DNA of 64,000 nucleotides, from positions 19,592,001-19,656,000 of the forward strand of contig NC_086108.1 in the NCBI RefSeq assembly GCF_963921235.1. The letters are read 5' to 3'. A model generated the notes under the pieces. That model saw only the letters and a program-made list of their open reading frames with translations, had not been told where the DNA came from and ran no database searches. Source of the DNA: Mobula hypostoma (lineage: Eukaryota). Both the position numbers and the translations under genes were made by a program. This document shows, one piece after another, positions 1 through 11,500 of the stretch (the stretch's first letter is position 1; every line of letters begins with the position of its first letter).

Positions 1-127
1 GATTGCTGAGAGGATCATTGAGATCTCTGGGTGGAAGAGACATTTATTGGGATTGTCAATGATCGCACCCATCTTTCCAACAATCTTTGACTCCCTACCA
101 TCAGGCAGGAAGTTCCATAGCATTAGA
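1..127 (+). mobile_element. Rex1/Babar-type LINE, 3' ORF fragment
   Basis: Degenerate end-of-ORF sequence (ctccctaccatcaggcaggaag, LPSGR-like) resembling the other Rex copies in the window. Confidence 0.45.
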
Positions 128-375
128 CCATAAGACATAGGAGAAGAATTAGGCTATTTGGCTCATTGAGTCTGCTCTGCCATTCAATCATAGCTGATCC
201 TTTTTCTCCTCCTTAGCTCCACTCCTGGCATCTCCTCATAACCTTTCATGCCATGTCCAATCAAGAACCTTTCAAGCTCTGCCTGAAGTACACTCAACAA
301 CCTGGTCTCCACAGCTGCCTGCGGTAACAAATTCCACAAATTCACCACCCTCTGGTTAAAGAAATTTCTCCGCAT
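128..375 (-). mobile_element. CR1 LINE 3' end
   Basis: ORF 184..375(-) RRNFFNQRVVNLWNLLP is the CR1 ORF2 C-terminus; tail accataagacatagg. Confidence 0.85.
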
Positions 376-399
376 TTGCTTCAGATTCCGAATTCATTC

Positions 400-632
400 C
401 CATTCACCCACCCACCTCACCCTCACCTGTCTTCACTTAACACCTGCCAGCTTGTATTCCTTTCCCTTCCCTACCTTCTTATTCGGGTACCTTCCCCCTT
501 TTTTTCCAGTCCTGTTGAAGGATCTCAACCTGAAACATTCTCTCTGCAGATGATGCCCGACCTGCAGAGTTCCAGTGGCATTTTGTAAGTGTTAGTCTGA
601 ATTTTCAGCATCTGCAGGATCCCTTGTGTTTC
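400..632 (+). mobile_element. Penelope-like element 3' UTR/terminal fragment with decayed hammerhead
   Basis: agtcctgttgaaggatctcaacctgaaac at 508-536 followed by a gatg..gcc.gacctgc.gagttcc tail like other PLE copies. Confidence 0.65.
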
Positions 633-1535
633 TTTTGAACCTGTTTCTCCACACCCTCCTCCTGAGGCCTGGAAATTTCTTACTTAGGCCTAAGGTAGGC
701 TTGTGTCAGCTCTGGATGGCTTAGGTAGTATAGAAGTGGAATTTAAGCAGCAGAGGTGTCTCTGCCCAAAATCATATGGGAACCCACAAATCAAAATAGT
801 TGAAGTTGGCACTGGTGGCTTAAGTGAGCATCATTGCCACTCCAGGATTTCTATATGGATGTACGTAGAGTTGGACAAGGACTGTTGGGATGGAAAACAG
901 CTTCTTCTCCCAGGCTGTAAGACTACTGAACTCCCTGCCACCACCCAGGTCTCATCATGCCTGAAGTGCTCATAGCAAGATACTGCTTACTGTTGAACTT
1001 GTGTCATAAATGCTCCTTATTAGTTGTTAATTTACTAATGGTAACATATGTGAGTTATATGTTAAAAATGTGTTGTGAACCTTCTTCTGGAGGAACATTG
1101 TTTCATTTAGTGATGCATCTGAATGACAATAAACTGAATTTGAACTTGATAATATTGTAGGCCGAAGGATCTGCTCCTGTCTGTATTGTTCTGTGTTCCA
1201 TTTTCTATATTCTTTTATCTGTGTTCTGATCCCAGTAGAAGAGGCCTGCATGCAACCTGTGTTGGCATCTCATTTTTAAATATAAGTGTCTTATGCAATT
1301 CCTGGCAATCCATTTTGCACATCTTTGCTGAACTTCAATCAGTCCTCTGGCAATAAATAGGTTTACAGAATAAGAATCAGTTTGACTTGGAGTTATTGTT
1401 GTGTGGATTCACTGTTTTATGCAGCGAGATCCAAGAAACATTTTGATTCACATTCACCGGAGTTCAAAAGAATGTGAGATAATCTCTTTGAGACAGAGAG
1501 GACAACTGTCAGAGAAGATCTAATATCTGGAAACA

Positions 1536-2807
1536 CTCTCTTCTCCCCCTCCCCCCTCCTCTCTATTCTCTCCCCCTCCCCCCTCCTCTCTATTCTCTCC
1601 CCCTCCCCCCTCCTCTCTATTCTCTCCCCCTCCCCCCTCCTCTCTCTTCTCTCCCCCTCCCCCCTCCTCTCTCTTCTCTCCCCCTCCCCCCCTCCTCTCT
1701 CTTCTCTCCCCCTCCCCCCCTCCTCTCTCTTCTCTCCCCCTCCCCCCTCCTCTCTCTTCTCTCCCCCTCCCCCCTCCTCTCTCTTCTCTCCCCCTCCCCC
1801 CTCCTCTCTCTTCTCTCCCCCTCCCCCCCTCTCTCTTCTCTCCCCCCCCCCCTCTCTCTCTCTCTCCCCCTCCCCCCTCCTCTCTCTTCTCTCCCCCTCC
1901 CCCCTCCTCTCTCTTCTCTCCCCCTCCCCCCCCTCTCTCTTCTCTCCCCCTCCCCCCCTCTCTCTCTCTCTCCCCCTCCCCCCCTCCTCTCTCTTCTCTC
2001 CCCCTCCCCCCTCTCTTCTCTCCCCCTCCCCCCCCCTCTCTTCTCTCCCCCTCCCCCCTCTCTCTTCTCTCCCCCTCCCCCCTCTCTCTTCTCTCCCCCT
2101 CCCCCCTCCTCTCTCTTCTCTCCCCCTCCCCCCTCCTCTCTCTTCTCTCCCCCTCCCCCCCTCTCTCTTCTCTCCCCCTCCCCCCCTCTCTCTTCTCTCC
2201 CCCTCCCCCCCTCTCTCTTCTCTCCCCCTCCCCCCCTCTCTCTTCTCTCCCCCTCCCCCCCTCTCTCTTCTCTCCCCCTCCCCCCTCCTCTCTCTTCTCT
2301 CCCCCTCCCCCCTCCTCTCTCTTCTCTCCCCCTCCCCCCCTCTCTCTCTCTCTCCCCCTCCCCCCTCCTCTCTCTTCTCTCCCCCTCCCCCCCTCCTCTC
2401 TCTTCTCTCCCCCTCCCCCCTCCTCTCTCTTCTCTCCCCCCCCCCCCCTCTCTCTCTCTCCCCCCCCCCCTCCTCTCTCTTCTCTCCCCCTCCCCCCTCC
2501 TCTCTCTTCTCTCCCCCTCCCCCCTCCTCTCTCTTCTCTCCCCCTCCCCCCCTCCTCTCTCTTCTCTCCCCCTCCCCCCCTCCTCTCTCTTCTCTCCCCC
2601 TCCCCCCCCCTCTCTCTCTCTCTCCCCCTCCCCCCCTCCTCTCTCTTCTCTCCCCCTCCCCCCCTCCTCTCTCTTCTCTCCCCCTCCCCCCTCCTCTCTC
2701 TTCTCTCCCCCTCCCCCCCACTCCTCTCTCTTCTCTCCCCCTCCCCCCCACTCCTCTCTCTTCTCCCCCCCACTCCTCTCTCTCTCCTCCCCCCCCTCTC
2801 TCCCCCT
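1536..2807. repeat. Polypyrimidine minisatellite, ~27-bp unit (ctctctcttctctccccctcccccctc-like)
   Basis: About 1.27 kb with no G and only six A on the + strand; the A at 1565, 1592 and 1619 show the 27-bp period. Confidence 0.95.
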
Positions 2808-3141
2808 GTTGGGGTCATCTATTGCATCCAGTGACCCTCGTGCGGCCTCCTCTACATTTGTGAAACCCAACGCAGATTGGAGGACCGCTTTGCGGAGCAC
2901 CTCCACTCCATCCGCCACAACAGACAGGATCTCCTGGTAGCCACCCACTTCAACTCTGCTTCACATTCCCGTTCGGATATGTCCATACATGGCCTCCTCT
3001 ACTGCCATGATGAGGCTAAACTCAGGTTGGAGGAGCAACACCTCATATACCATCTCCAGCCCCTTGGTATGAACATAGAATTTTCCAACTTCCAGTAATT
3101 CCCTCCCCTTCCCTTCCTCTATCCGTATTTCACTCTACCCC
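2808..3141 (+). mobile_element. Penelope-like element, GIY-YIG endonuclease 3' part (left half, split by the Gypsy insertion)
   Basis: GVIYCI..C..LYI.ET..EDRFAEHL..VATHFNS..RLEEQHLI..GMNIEFSNF; the 3' UTR continues at 12832. Confidence 0.85.
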
Positions 3142-3370
3142 TGTGGTAAACCGTGTATATCTGTTGTAACTCGGTTACCTGTCTGGACACACCCCTCTGC
3201 TGACTGCCTCTGTGGCTCCTCCCACAGCTCCTGTATAAAGGTGTTTCGTCTTGCCCCTCCCCCTCAGTCCGGGGGCAGACACTCACTGTGGAGGTTGTAT
3301 TGTACAGTGAATAAAAACTTTTCGGTATTTTAACTAACCTCAGTCTTTTGGAGTTATTGAAGGTGCTTCA
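3142..3370 (+). repeat. 5' LTR
   Basis: tgtggtaaac...gtgcttca; contains tataaa and aataaa; direct repeat of 12597-12826. Confidence 0.95.
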
Positions 3371-3429
3371 ATTTTATTTGCTGTGTTGTTGTTCGTCGTT
3401 TGTAGTCGAAGATGACCATGGCTTCAAAG

Positions 3430-6400
3430 TCAATTGAGAGATTGGTGGCTGTGGGTCCGGAGGTCACTGATGAGGCCAATTCGGGCCCTGAAGGCTCGCC
3501 CACATGTGGGACACAAGTGGGTGGGTGCTGTCGTGGCAGTGGATGCTGCTCGGGCCTTGCGCACAGCACGCTTTCGTTGCGCCTCGATGATGCGCCTGAC
3601 TTCAGCTGCATGGGCTCCTGTGGTGATCTTGCTGCGCCAAGCTGGACGGTCGAGGGCAAGCGTCTCCCACGTGTTGATGTCGACACCCAGGCCTTTTATG
3701 GGCTGCTGCTCCACACCCTCCACTTCCTAGCCTTTGTCCACCGTCCCGACACGCCATGGCGGTCGGTCTTTCCACCTGGAGGTGAGGGGGGTCCCCAATG
3801 GAAGTCCCTTTACAAGGGAGTCCTCCCCATGCACCTTGGGGATCTCGGCTGGAGGGTGCTGCATAAAGCGGTGCCCTGCAATAAGTTCTTTAGTCTGTAC
3901 ACGGATCTCCCAGCCGCGTGTCACTTCTGCGGGCTGGAGGAGACCGTGTACCATATGTACGTGGAGTGTGTGAGGCTGCAGCCCTTTTCGCGTTTTTGCG
4001 TGGGCTGCTTCTCGCCTTCTGGTTGCATTTCAGTCCCACCCTATTTATATATGGTCATCCAGTAAGGAGGGGGGCACAGAGGGATGAGGATGTCCTTGTC
4101 AACTTGCTCCTGGGGCTGGCGAAAATTGCCATCCGTGGCTCCTGGAAAAGGGTGGCAGGAGGTTCTCCCCGGGCGGACTGCCTGGCTATGTTTAGGGGTA
4201 TGTTCGTGCCCGGGTGAACATTGAAAAGGAATACGCACAGTCCACGGCGACCGTAGAGGTGTTCCGGGACCGTTGGGCTCCGCGGAGTGTAAATGCCATC
4301 ATTGATGAGGATGGCAATATATTGGTTTAAGATGTATTGTCTGTTTGTAGTGTAGTAAATATGTTAGTCACTGGGTTTGTAAATATTGTATAGCACCGAC
4401 ATTTGTAATAAAGAATTTTGTAAAAAAAAGGCCTTTGAGGGACGCTTTCAGGCAGACTTTGTAACATTTCTTCTGCCCCCCGACTGAGCGCTTGCCCTGA
4501 CACAGTTCTCCGTACAGCAGCTGCTTAGGCAATCGGCTGTCAGGTATTCTGACCACATGTCCAGCCCACCTGGCTTGGGCTTTCAGCAGGAGGGTGTAGA
4601 CGCTGCGGAGCCCAGCTCATTCCAGGATTTCCGTGTCAGGGACTTTGTCCTGCCACCTGACGTGGAGGAGCCTGTGGAGACAGCTCAGGTGAAAGTGGTT
4701 GAGCTGTTTGGCGTGTCTGCTGTAGACAGTCCAGGTCTCGCTGGCGTAAAGGAGGGTGGTAAGGACCACCGCACAGTAGACCTTCAGCTTGGTGGTAAGG
4801 CTGAGTCCTCTCTGCTCCCAGATGTTCTCACAGAGTCTCCCAAGGTGGCGCTGGCTTTGGCAATCCTGTTGTTGACCTTAGCGTCTATGTTCACTGCGCG
4901 AGAGAGTATGCTGCCCAGGCAGGTGAAGTTGTCGACTGCCTGGAGGTTCTGGCCCTTCACCGTGATGCGCGGCTCCTGGTATGGCTTTCCTGGGGCAGGC
5001 TGGTACATAACTTCAGTCTTTTTGGTGCTGATAGTGAGACTGAAGTTGTCGCAGGCTTGTGAGAAGCAGTCCATTTCACGCTGAATCTCCTGCTCTGTGC
5101 TGGCGTTGAGTGCGAAATCATCAGCAACAAGAAGTCTCTGATGACAGTCTCTCGCACCTTTGTAACTACCTGCAGGCGCCTAAGGTTGAACAACCTGCAG
5201 TCAGTCCTGTACCTGATGTGGATTCCTTCTTCGTAGTTACGGGAGGTATCTGTCAGCATGGCAGAGAATACCATACTGAACAGAGTCAGGGCAAGAACAC
5301 AGCCTTGTTTGATGCCATTTGTCACTGGGAAGGCCTCCGACTCGTCGCTGTCATCCAGAACTTTCACCATCATACCGTCGTGGAACTGCCGGACGATTGT
5401 GATGAACTTGCTGGGGCAGCCAAACTTCTCCGTGATCTTCCACAAGCCTTCTCTGCTGACCGTATCGAAATCCTTGGTTAGATCGACAAAGTTCACAAAG
5501 AGGTCGCTGTGTTGCTCCTGGAATTTTTCCTGGAGTTGGTGCGCAGCAAAAATCATGTCCGTGGTCCCACGTTCAGCACGGAAGCCGCACTGGCTTTCTG
5601 GGAGCAGACCTTGCTCAAGATGTTGGAGAAGGCGGTTGAGCAGGACACGGGCCAGAATCTTCCCCGCAATGGACAAGAGGGAGATGCCTCGGTGGTTGTC
5701 GCAAGACTGGCAGTTGCCTTTCCTCTTGTAGATGTGGACTATGCTGGCATCTTTCAACTGTTGCGGGACCTGTCCCTTTTTCCACATGGACTGGAAGAGT
5801 ACAGTCAGCTTTTGCATCATGACAGGGCCTCCTGCTTTGTATACCTCAGCAGGGATTGCATCGGGTCCTGGCGCTTTGCCACAGGAGAGTTGCTTCACTG
5901 CCTTCCTGACTTCATCTACTGTGGGGAGGGTGTCAAGGTTCTTGTTAATCTCTACCTGGGGCAGGCAGGCAATGGCCTCGTCGTTGATGTCGGCAGAGCG
6001 GTTAAGGACGTTGTTAAAGTGCTCAGCCCACCGATCCAGAATCTGCTTCTTCTCTGTCAGCAGCTGCGTCTCATCTGCGTTGAGGAGGGGCGAGGAACCG
6101 GAGGACTGGGGTCCGTATACAGCCTTGGGCACATCATAGAAGCGCCATGTCATGGCTGTCTGCATAGCCCTGGATTTCATCGGCCTCCTTGCTGAACCAG
6201 CTGTCCTGCATCTCGCGAAGTTTTTTCTGCACCTTTCTTCTTGCGTTGGTAAAGGCATCTTTCTTGGCTAGCGACGTGGGGTCGTTCTGATGCGCTCTGT
6301 AATGTTGATGTTTCTCCGTTAGTAGTGCCTGTATTTCTTCATCATTCTCATCGAACCAGTCTTGGTTTCTTCGGGCTGCTGGTCCGAGATGTTCGAGGGC

Positions 6401-7423
6401 GGTAGTGTAGACAGTGTCTCTGAAGACCGTCCACTGTTCCTCAACGCTGGTCCCATCTTCCTGTGGTGTGTTTGGCAGTCTGCCTTCAAGGTCATCGATG
6501 AATTCTTCTGCAACCCTGCTGCTTTTCAGCTTGGAGACATTCAGCCTCTTTGCAGTCTTCTGCCCTTGGGGTCTTCTCATGGGCAGAATGCGAAGCCTGA
6601 ACTCGGACACAATGAGGCGGTGGTCTGTCCAGCAGTCGGCACCACACATGGCTCTGGTCACTCTGACATCCATCCCGTCCCTCTTCCTGGTGATGATGCA
6701 GTCAATCAGATGCCAGTGCTTCGAGCGTGGGTGCATCCATGATGTCTTCTTACGGGTGGGTAGGCGGAACAGGGCGTTGGTGATGACAAAGTCGTGTGTA
6801 GCACATGTCTTGAGGAGCAGAAGGCCGTTGCTGTTACACTTGCCAGTGCCGTGTCTTCCAATGATCCCTTCCCAGGTTTGGTAGTCTGTCCCTACTCTGG
6901 CATTGAAGTCCCTGAGAATGATGAGCTTCTCTGACTGTGGGATTGCTGAGATGAGGGCGTCGAGTTCTTCATAGAACTTGTCTTTAATGTCATCTGGGTT
7001 GGTCATGGTGGGAGCGTCGCCACTAATCAGCGTAGCACTCTTCTTGTTTGCAAGTGGGAGCTGAAGTGTCATCAGACGGTCGTTGATGCTCTCTGGGTGC
7101 TTGGTGAGTTTACGGGCGAGGTTAGAATTGATGGCAAATCCCACGCCTGCTTCTTGTCGTTCAGCGCTGCTGCGACCACTCCAGAAGAACGTGTATCCAC
7201 CACTACGTTCTGTCAGCTGGCCCTTGTCTGCTCGGCGCGTTTTGCTGAGAGCTGTTATGTCCACATTGTAGTGAGCTAGCTCTTTTGCAACCAGTGCAGT
7301 TCTTTTCTCTGGTCTGTCTGCCTTGATGTGATCTCGCAGAGTTCTCACGTTCCATGTGCCAAGGTTGAGCACCATCACTTTCTTCTTCACTGTTGTAGGT
7401 CGACCGCTATGAGGGATCCCCAC
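3430..7423 (-). pseudogene. RTE APE endonuclease-reverse transcriptase ORF (frameshifted, interrupted by Tx1)
   Basis: LGTWNVRTL, DFNARVG, WTDH (APE); KAPGPDAIP, RGISLL, QCGFR, FVDLTKDFD, GIKQGCVL (RT); FADD is broken by a frameshift near 5127. Confidence 0.92.
3697..4428 (+). mobile_element. Tx1/L1-clade LINE, 5'-truncated 3' fragment
   Basis: DLGWRVLH..CHFCG.EETVYHMYVEC (zf-RVT CCHC); aataaa 4407-4412 and A-tail; TSD aggccttt at 3689-3696 and 4429-4436. Confidence 0.88.
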
Positions 7424-8090
7424 CAGCCGCGGTAAGCTGGCCAGGGTGAAGTGAAGCAGACTATGTTTGAGGCACCTTTTCCAGCCCCTTCCTCCATGGA
7501 GGTGAGCAGAGTGATCCGAAAGAGGGCTGCTCAGACACCCAGGGGGCTGCCGAACTCAACTGCTGCTTCGGTCCAGTAGAGAGCGACCCTACGCCCTGGG
7601 CCGCCTGTGTGCAGGTTTGTGACTACAGCTTCCAGTGTATCCGTACCTGCTGCTTCGCCACTCCCCCATCGCCACAGGACTTCAGGTTGCGCGTTCGGTT
7701 TGAAGTCATGACTTGCGCTTGACTTGGATTACAGTGAGGGAGAGTTGCGCAGGTCGTCAACCTCACTCTCTCGTCCCGGCCTATCTGGACCCAGTGGCAA
7801 GACATAGTCGAGAAGGCTGGAGATAGGTCAGGATGCAGTGGATGGCCAGCAGTGTTCTGTGTCTCACTGTGCCCTCTTAGCGCTCCACGACGCATTGCTG
7901 AGAATCGGCTTTCTGCCCGTTGAACCAGTGATGGTTTCTTCCGCGCAGTCCGCCGAATTCAGGCTTCACACGCTAGGTAGACAAGCCCTGAGCGTTGTGG
8001 GTCTTCGGCGGTTCTTGCGGCATGCTCGCAAGCCTCCCTACCCATTGTTGGACATCCTCATCCGCCTTTGCAGCCGTTGGGAGATGTCTC

Positions 8091-8270
8091 CTCTTCCGCC
8101 TTCGAGCGGGGCCTCGGGCGGGTGAACGAGAGCGTGGGCACCGTGTCGGTGCGGGTGCTGCGCACCTACGGCTCCCACGGCACCATGCTGCTGCCCTACC
8201 GGATGGCCAAGGCGGGCGAGAACTTCGTCGGCCTCAGCGGACAGCTGCTCTTCCAGAACGACGAGACCGT
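8091..8270 (+). pseudogene. Captured fragment of an SLC8A-family Na+/Ca2+ exchanger (second Calx-beta domain); paralog uncertain, possibly slc8a4
   Basis: AFERGLGRVNESVGTVSVRVLRTYGSHGTMLLPYRM-AKAGENFVGLSGQLLFQNDETV aligns by eye to NCX CBD2 (TFE...VSESIG.MEVKVLRTSGARG.V.VPY.T.EGTA.G..EDFED..GELEF.NDE.V) with a ~4-codon deletion. Confidence 0.8.
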
Positions 8271-8597
8271 TTTTAACAGGCAGCAGGGGCAGGCGGCGGC
8301 GGTCGCGACGAGCGGCAGGCCAGCTCCAGGCCTCGGGCCTCGTCCCCTCCGCCCGCCGCTGCCTCGCCACCTCTCACACAAAATGTATGGAGATAATTAT
8401 TGTCTTTTCTAGTATATATTTTTTGTAAAAGATTGGCTATTTCACTATTTTCACTATTTTAGCAAGTTTGATTTTTGATGCACTTAATAAGCATCCTTGT
8501 ACGAAAGTCCCAAGCAACTCCAGACATTTTTCCCGTTGGTCGTTATCCACATATCGCAACACGTGGTAATGGCCCTTCCAGCTGTACATTTTAAAGC

Positions 8598-11500
8598 ATG
8601 GAACACGCTTTGAGACCCGACAAATTAGATCTCGATCCGCAAACGCCAGAAGCTGGAAGCGCTTTCGAACTCTGCCTGGCCTGCTTCAAATCGTAGCTAG
8701 AGGAGATTAAAGTGACCAACCCCGTAGTGATGTGTAGAGTTCTACTGTCCAGGGTCAGTTCACGGGTCTATTCGCTGATCAGAGACCAGCCGAGCTACGA
8801 TGGCACAATGAGCGCCCTCAAAAGACCAATACCTGCGGCCAATAAACAGCGTCTATGCTCAGCACCGCTTAGCGACACGGCAACAACGGCCTGGGGAATC
8901 AAGTGCTGAGTTCGTCCAGGCCCTACGGATGCTCGTGCGGGCCTGCAATTGCCAGGAGCTGACGGCGGCGCAGCATGCAGAACTCCTAGTGAGAGACGCC
9001 TTCGTCACGGGGCCCAGGTCAGTGTATGTGCACCAGCGGCTGTTGAAAACAGCCGATCTTACCTTAAGTTCGGCGATCGAACTGGCCGACACACTGGAGG
9101 CCGCTCTGCATAACTCCAAGGCTCTGCAGGCATGCGATTCCCCCGATGGCCTCATGGGCGCCGCAGACCCCGCAACCTGCCGGCGAGTCAACTTCAGCTG
9201 CCGTCAGTCGCAAGTTCCCGCAACCCGCCGGCGAATCGACCTCGGCTGCTGCCAGTCACGAGTCCACCAAGTGCTACTTCTGCGGACTCGAGAAGCACCC
9301 CTGGAAACGCTGCCCGGCTTGACAAGCTACCTGCTCCAGCTGTGGAAAGAAGGGCCACTTCACGAAGGTGTGTAAGTCCAAACCGCAAGCGGGATCGAGC
9401 AGCGCCGTGTGCAACACATGGGGGTTGCCATCTTCCCTGCACACCACCACCACATGCGAGACATGGGGGTGGCCATCTTGGCGCCATCTCCCACTGTCTA
9501 TGACCAACGGGTGCTCACGGGGCATCCCACCGCGCCGGACCAAGACAGTGACTCAACCCTGGCTTCCATGACCCTCGACCAAAGCGCTCCCCACCAGCTC
9601 GCAAGGTCAATGATGGACATCCTAGTGGAGGGGCGCAGGACAAGCTGCCTGTTTGACATAGGCAGCACGGAGAGTTTTATCCACCCGGCCACGGTGCAGC
9701 ATTGCAGACTCATGATACAGCTGGTAAGTCAGAGGGTCACCATGGCCTCCAGGTCGCATACAACAGACATCCAGGGGTGTTGTGTAGCAACACTAGTGGT
9801 GCAGGGCACAGAATATCGAGACTTTGTTACTGGTCTTGCCTCAACTGTGTGCCCCTGTGCTATTGGGGTTGGACTTCCAGAGCCACCTGAAAAGTGTGAC
9901 AATGGAGTACGATGGGCCCCTCCCGCCAATTACTGTCGTAAATCCTCAGTTTTGTAGAGATGCATCACATACCCCGCTGCTGACCACACACACACACAAA
10001 CACACACCGACTCGCGCATCCCACCCAACATCATGCCAACTGCCGCACTACCGACACCACTTGCGGCCTCTCCACCCTCAAGATCCCTCCCCCACTACTG
10101 TTCGCCAACCTGACCCCCGACTGTAAACCTGTGGCAACTAAAAGCAGGAGGTACAGCACGGGGGACAGAGCTTTCATTAAGTCGGAGGTGCAGCGGCTGC
10201 TCAGGGAGGGGGTCATTGAGGCAAGCACAAGTCCTTGGAGGGTGCAGGTGGTGGTTGTTCGGAACGGGGAGAAGAATAGGATGGTCGTGGACTATAGCCA
10301 GACCATCAATAGGTTCACGCAGCTTGACGCGTACCCTCTACCCCGCATCGCGGATATGGTCAATCAGATAGCACAGTACAAGGTGTACTCAACCATAGAC
10401 CTAAAATCCGCTTACCATCAGCTCCCCATCCGCCGGGAGGACCACCCTTACATCGCCTTCGAGGCGGACGGCAGGCTTTATCAATTCCTGTGTGTCCCCT
10501 TCCGTGTCACGAATGGTGTATCGGGTTTCCAGAGGGAAATGGACCGGATGGTGGACCAGTGCCAACTGAAGGCCACGTTCCCATATCTGGATAACATCAC
10601 CATCTGCGGTCACGACCGGCAGGATCACGACAACAACCTCCAAAAATTTCTCCAAGCGGCCAAAGCTTTCAATCTCACCTATAACAAGGACAAGTGTGTA
10701 TTTGGGACCACCCGACTTGCTATCCTTGGGTGTGTCCTGGAGAACGGAGTCATTGGGCCTGACCCCGACCATATGCGCCCCCTGTTGGAACTCCCTCTTT
10801 CCAATACCCTCAGAGCCCTCAAAAGGTGCCTGGGCTTCTTTTCATATTACGCCCAATGAGTCTCTAACTACGCAGACAAGGCCCGCCTCCTGGTCAAGTC
10901 CACCATATTCCCCCTCTCAGTCAAGGCCCGCGTGGCCTTCAGCTGTATAAAAGGGGACATTGCCAAAGCAGCAATGCATGCGGTGTATGAGGCCATTCCC
11001 TTCCAAGTAGAGAGTGACGCCTCCGACTTTGCGCTGGCTGCTACCCTCAACCAGGCGGGAAGACCGGTGGCGTTCTTCTCCCGTACCCTTCAAGGCCCTG
11101 AAATTCGGCACTCTGTGGTAGAGAAAGAGGCCCAGGCCATAGTGGAAGCTATTAGGCACTGGAGGCACTATCTCGCCGGCAAAAGGTTCACCCTACTAAT
11201 TGACCAGCGCTCAGTCACATTCATGTTTAATAACCAACAACGGGGCAAAATCAAAAACAATAAAATTCTGAGGTGGAGAATCGAACTCTCCACCTGCAAC
11301 TATGACATCATGTACAGGCCTGGGAAGCTCAACAAGCCCTCCGATGCCCTATCCCGGGGAATGTGCGCCAGCGCGCAGGTCGACCGGCTATACGCCCTAC
11401 ATGTAGAACTTTGCCACCTGGGGGTCACCGGGCTTTTCCACTTTGTGAAAGCCAGGAACCTGCCTTACTCCCTTGAGGAAATCAGGACGATGACCAGGGA

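Larger units (their letters stand above)
3383..8088 (-). mobile_element. Near full-length RTE-clade LINE
   Basis: Single APE-RT ORF in pieces, C-terminal C2H2-like finger (CPTCGRAFRARIGLISDLRTH), short 3' UTR ending (aac)n at ~3383, ~650-nt 5' UTR. Confidence 0.92.

Noticed and set aside
1417..2948. Three >430-aa G/E/R-rich ORFs on the minus strand
   Set aside because: Artefact of a purine-only strand that cannot form stop codons; all three frames are open
7860..8088. HDV-like ribozyme at the RTE 5' end (gctaa motif present)
   Set aside because: I could not assemble the P1/P2/P3 nested pseudoknot by eye; a motif search is needed
8068..8412. SLC8A-like ORF as a genuine exon of a host gene at this locus
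   Set aside because: Starts mid-domain, has a deletion, lies inside an LTR element, and no other NCX exons are visible
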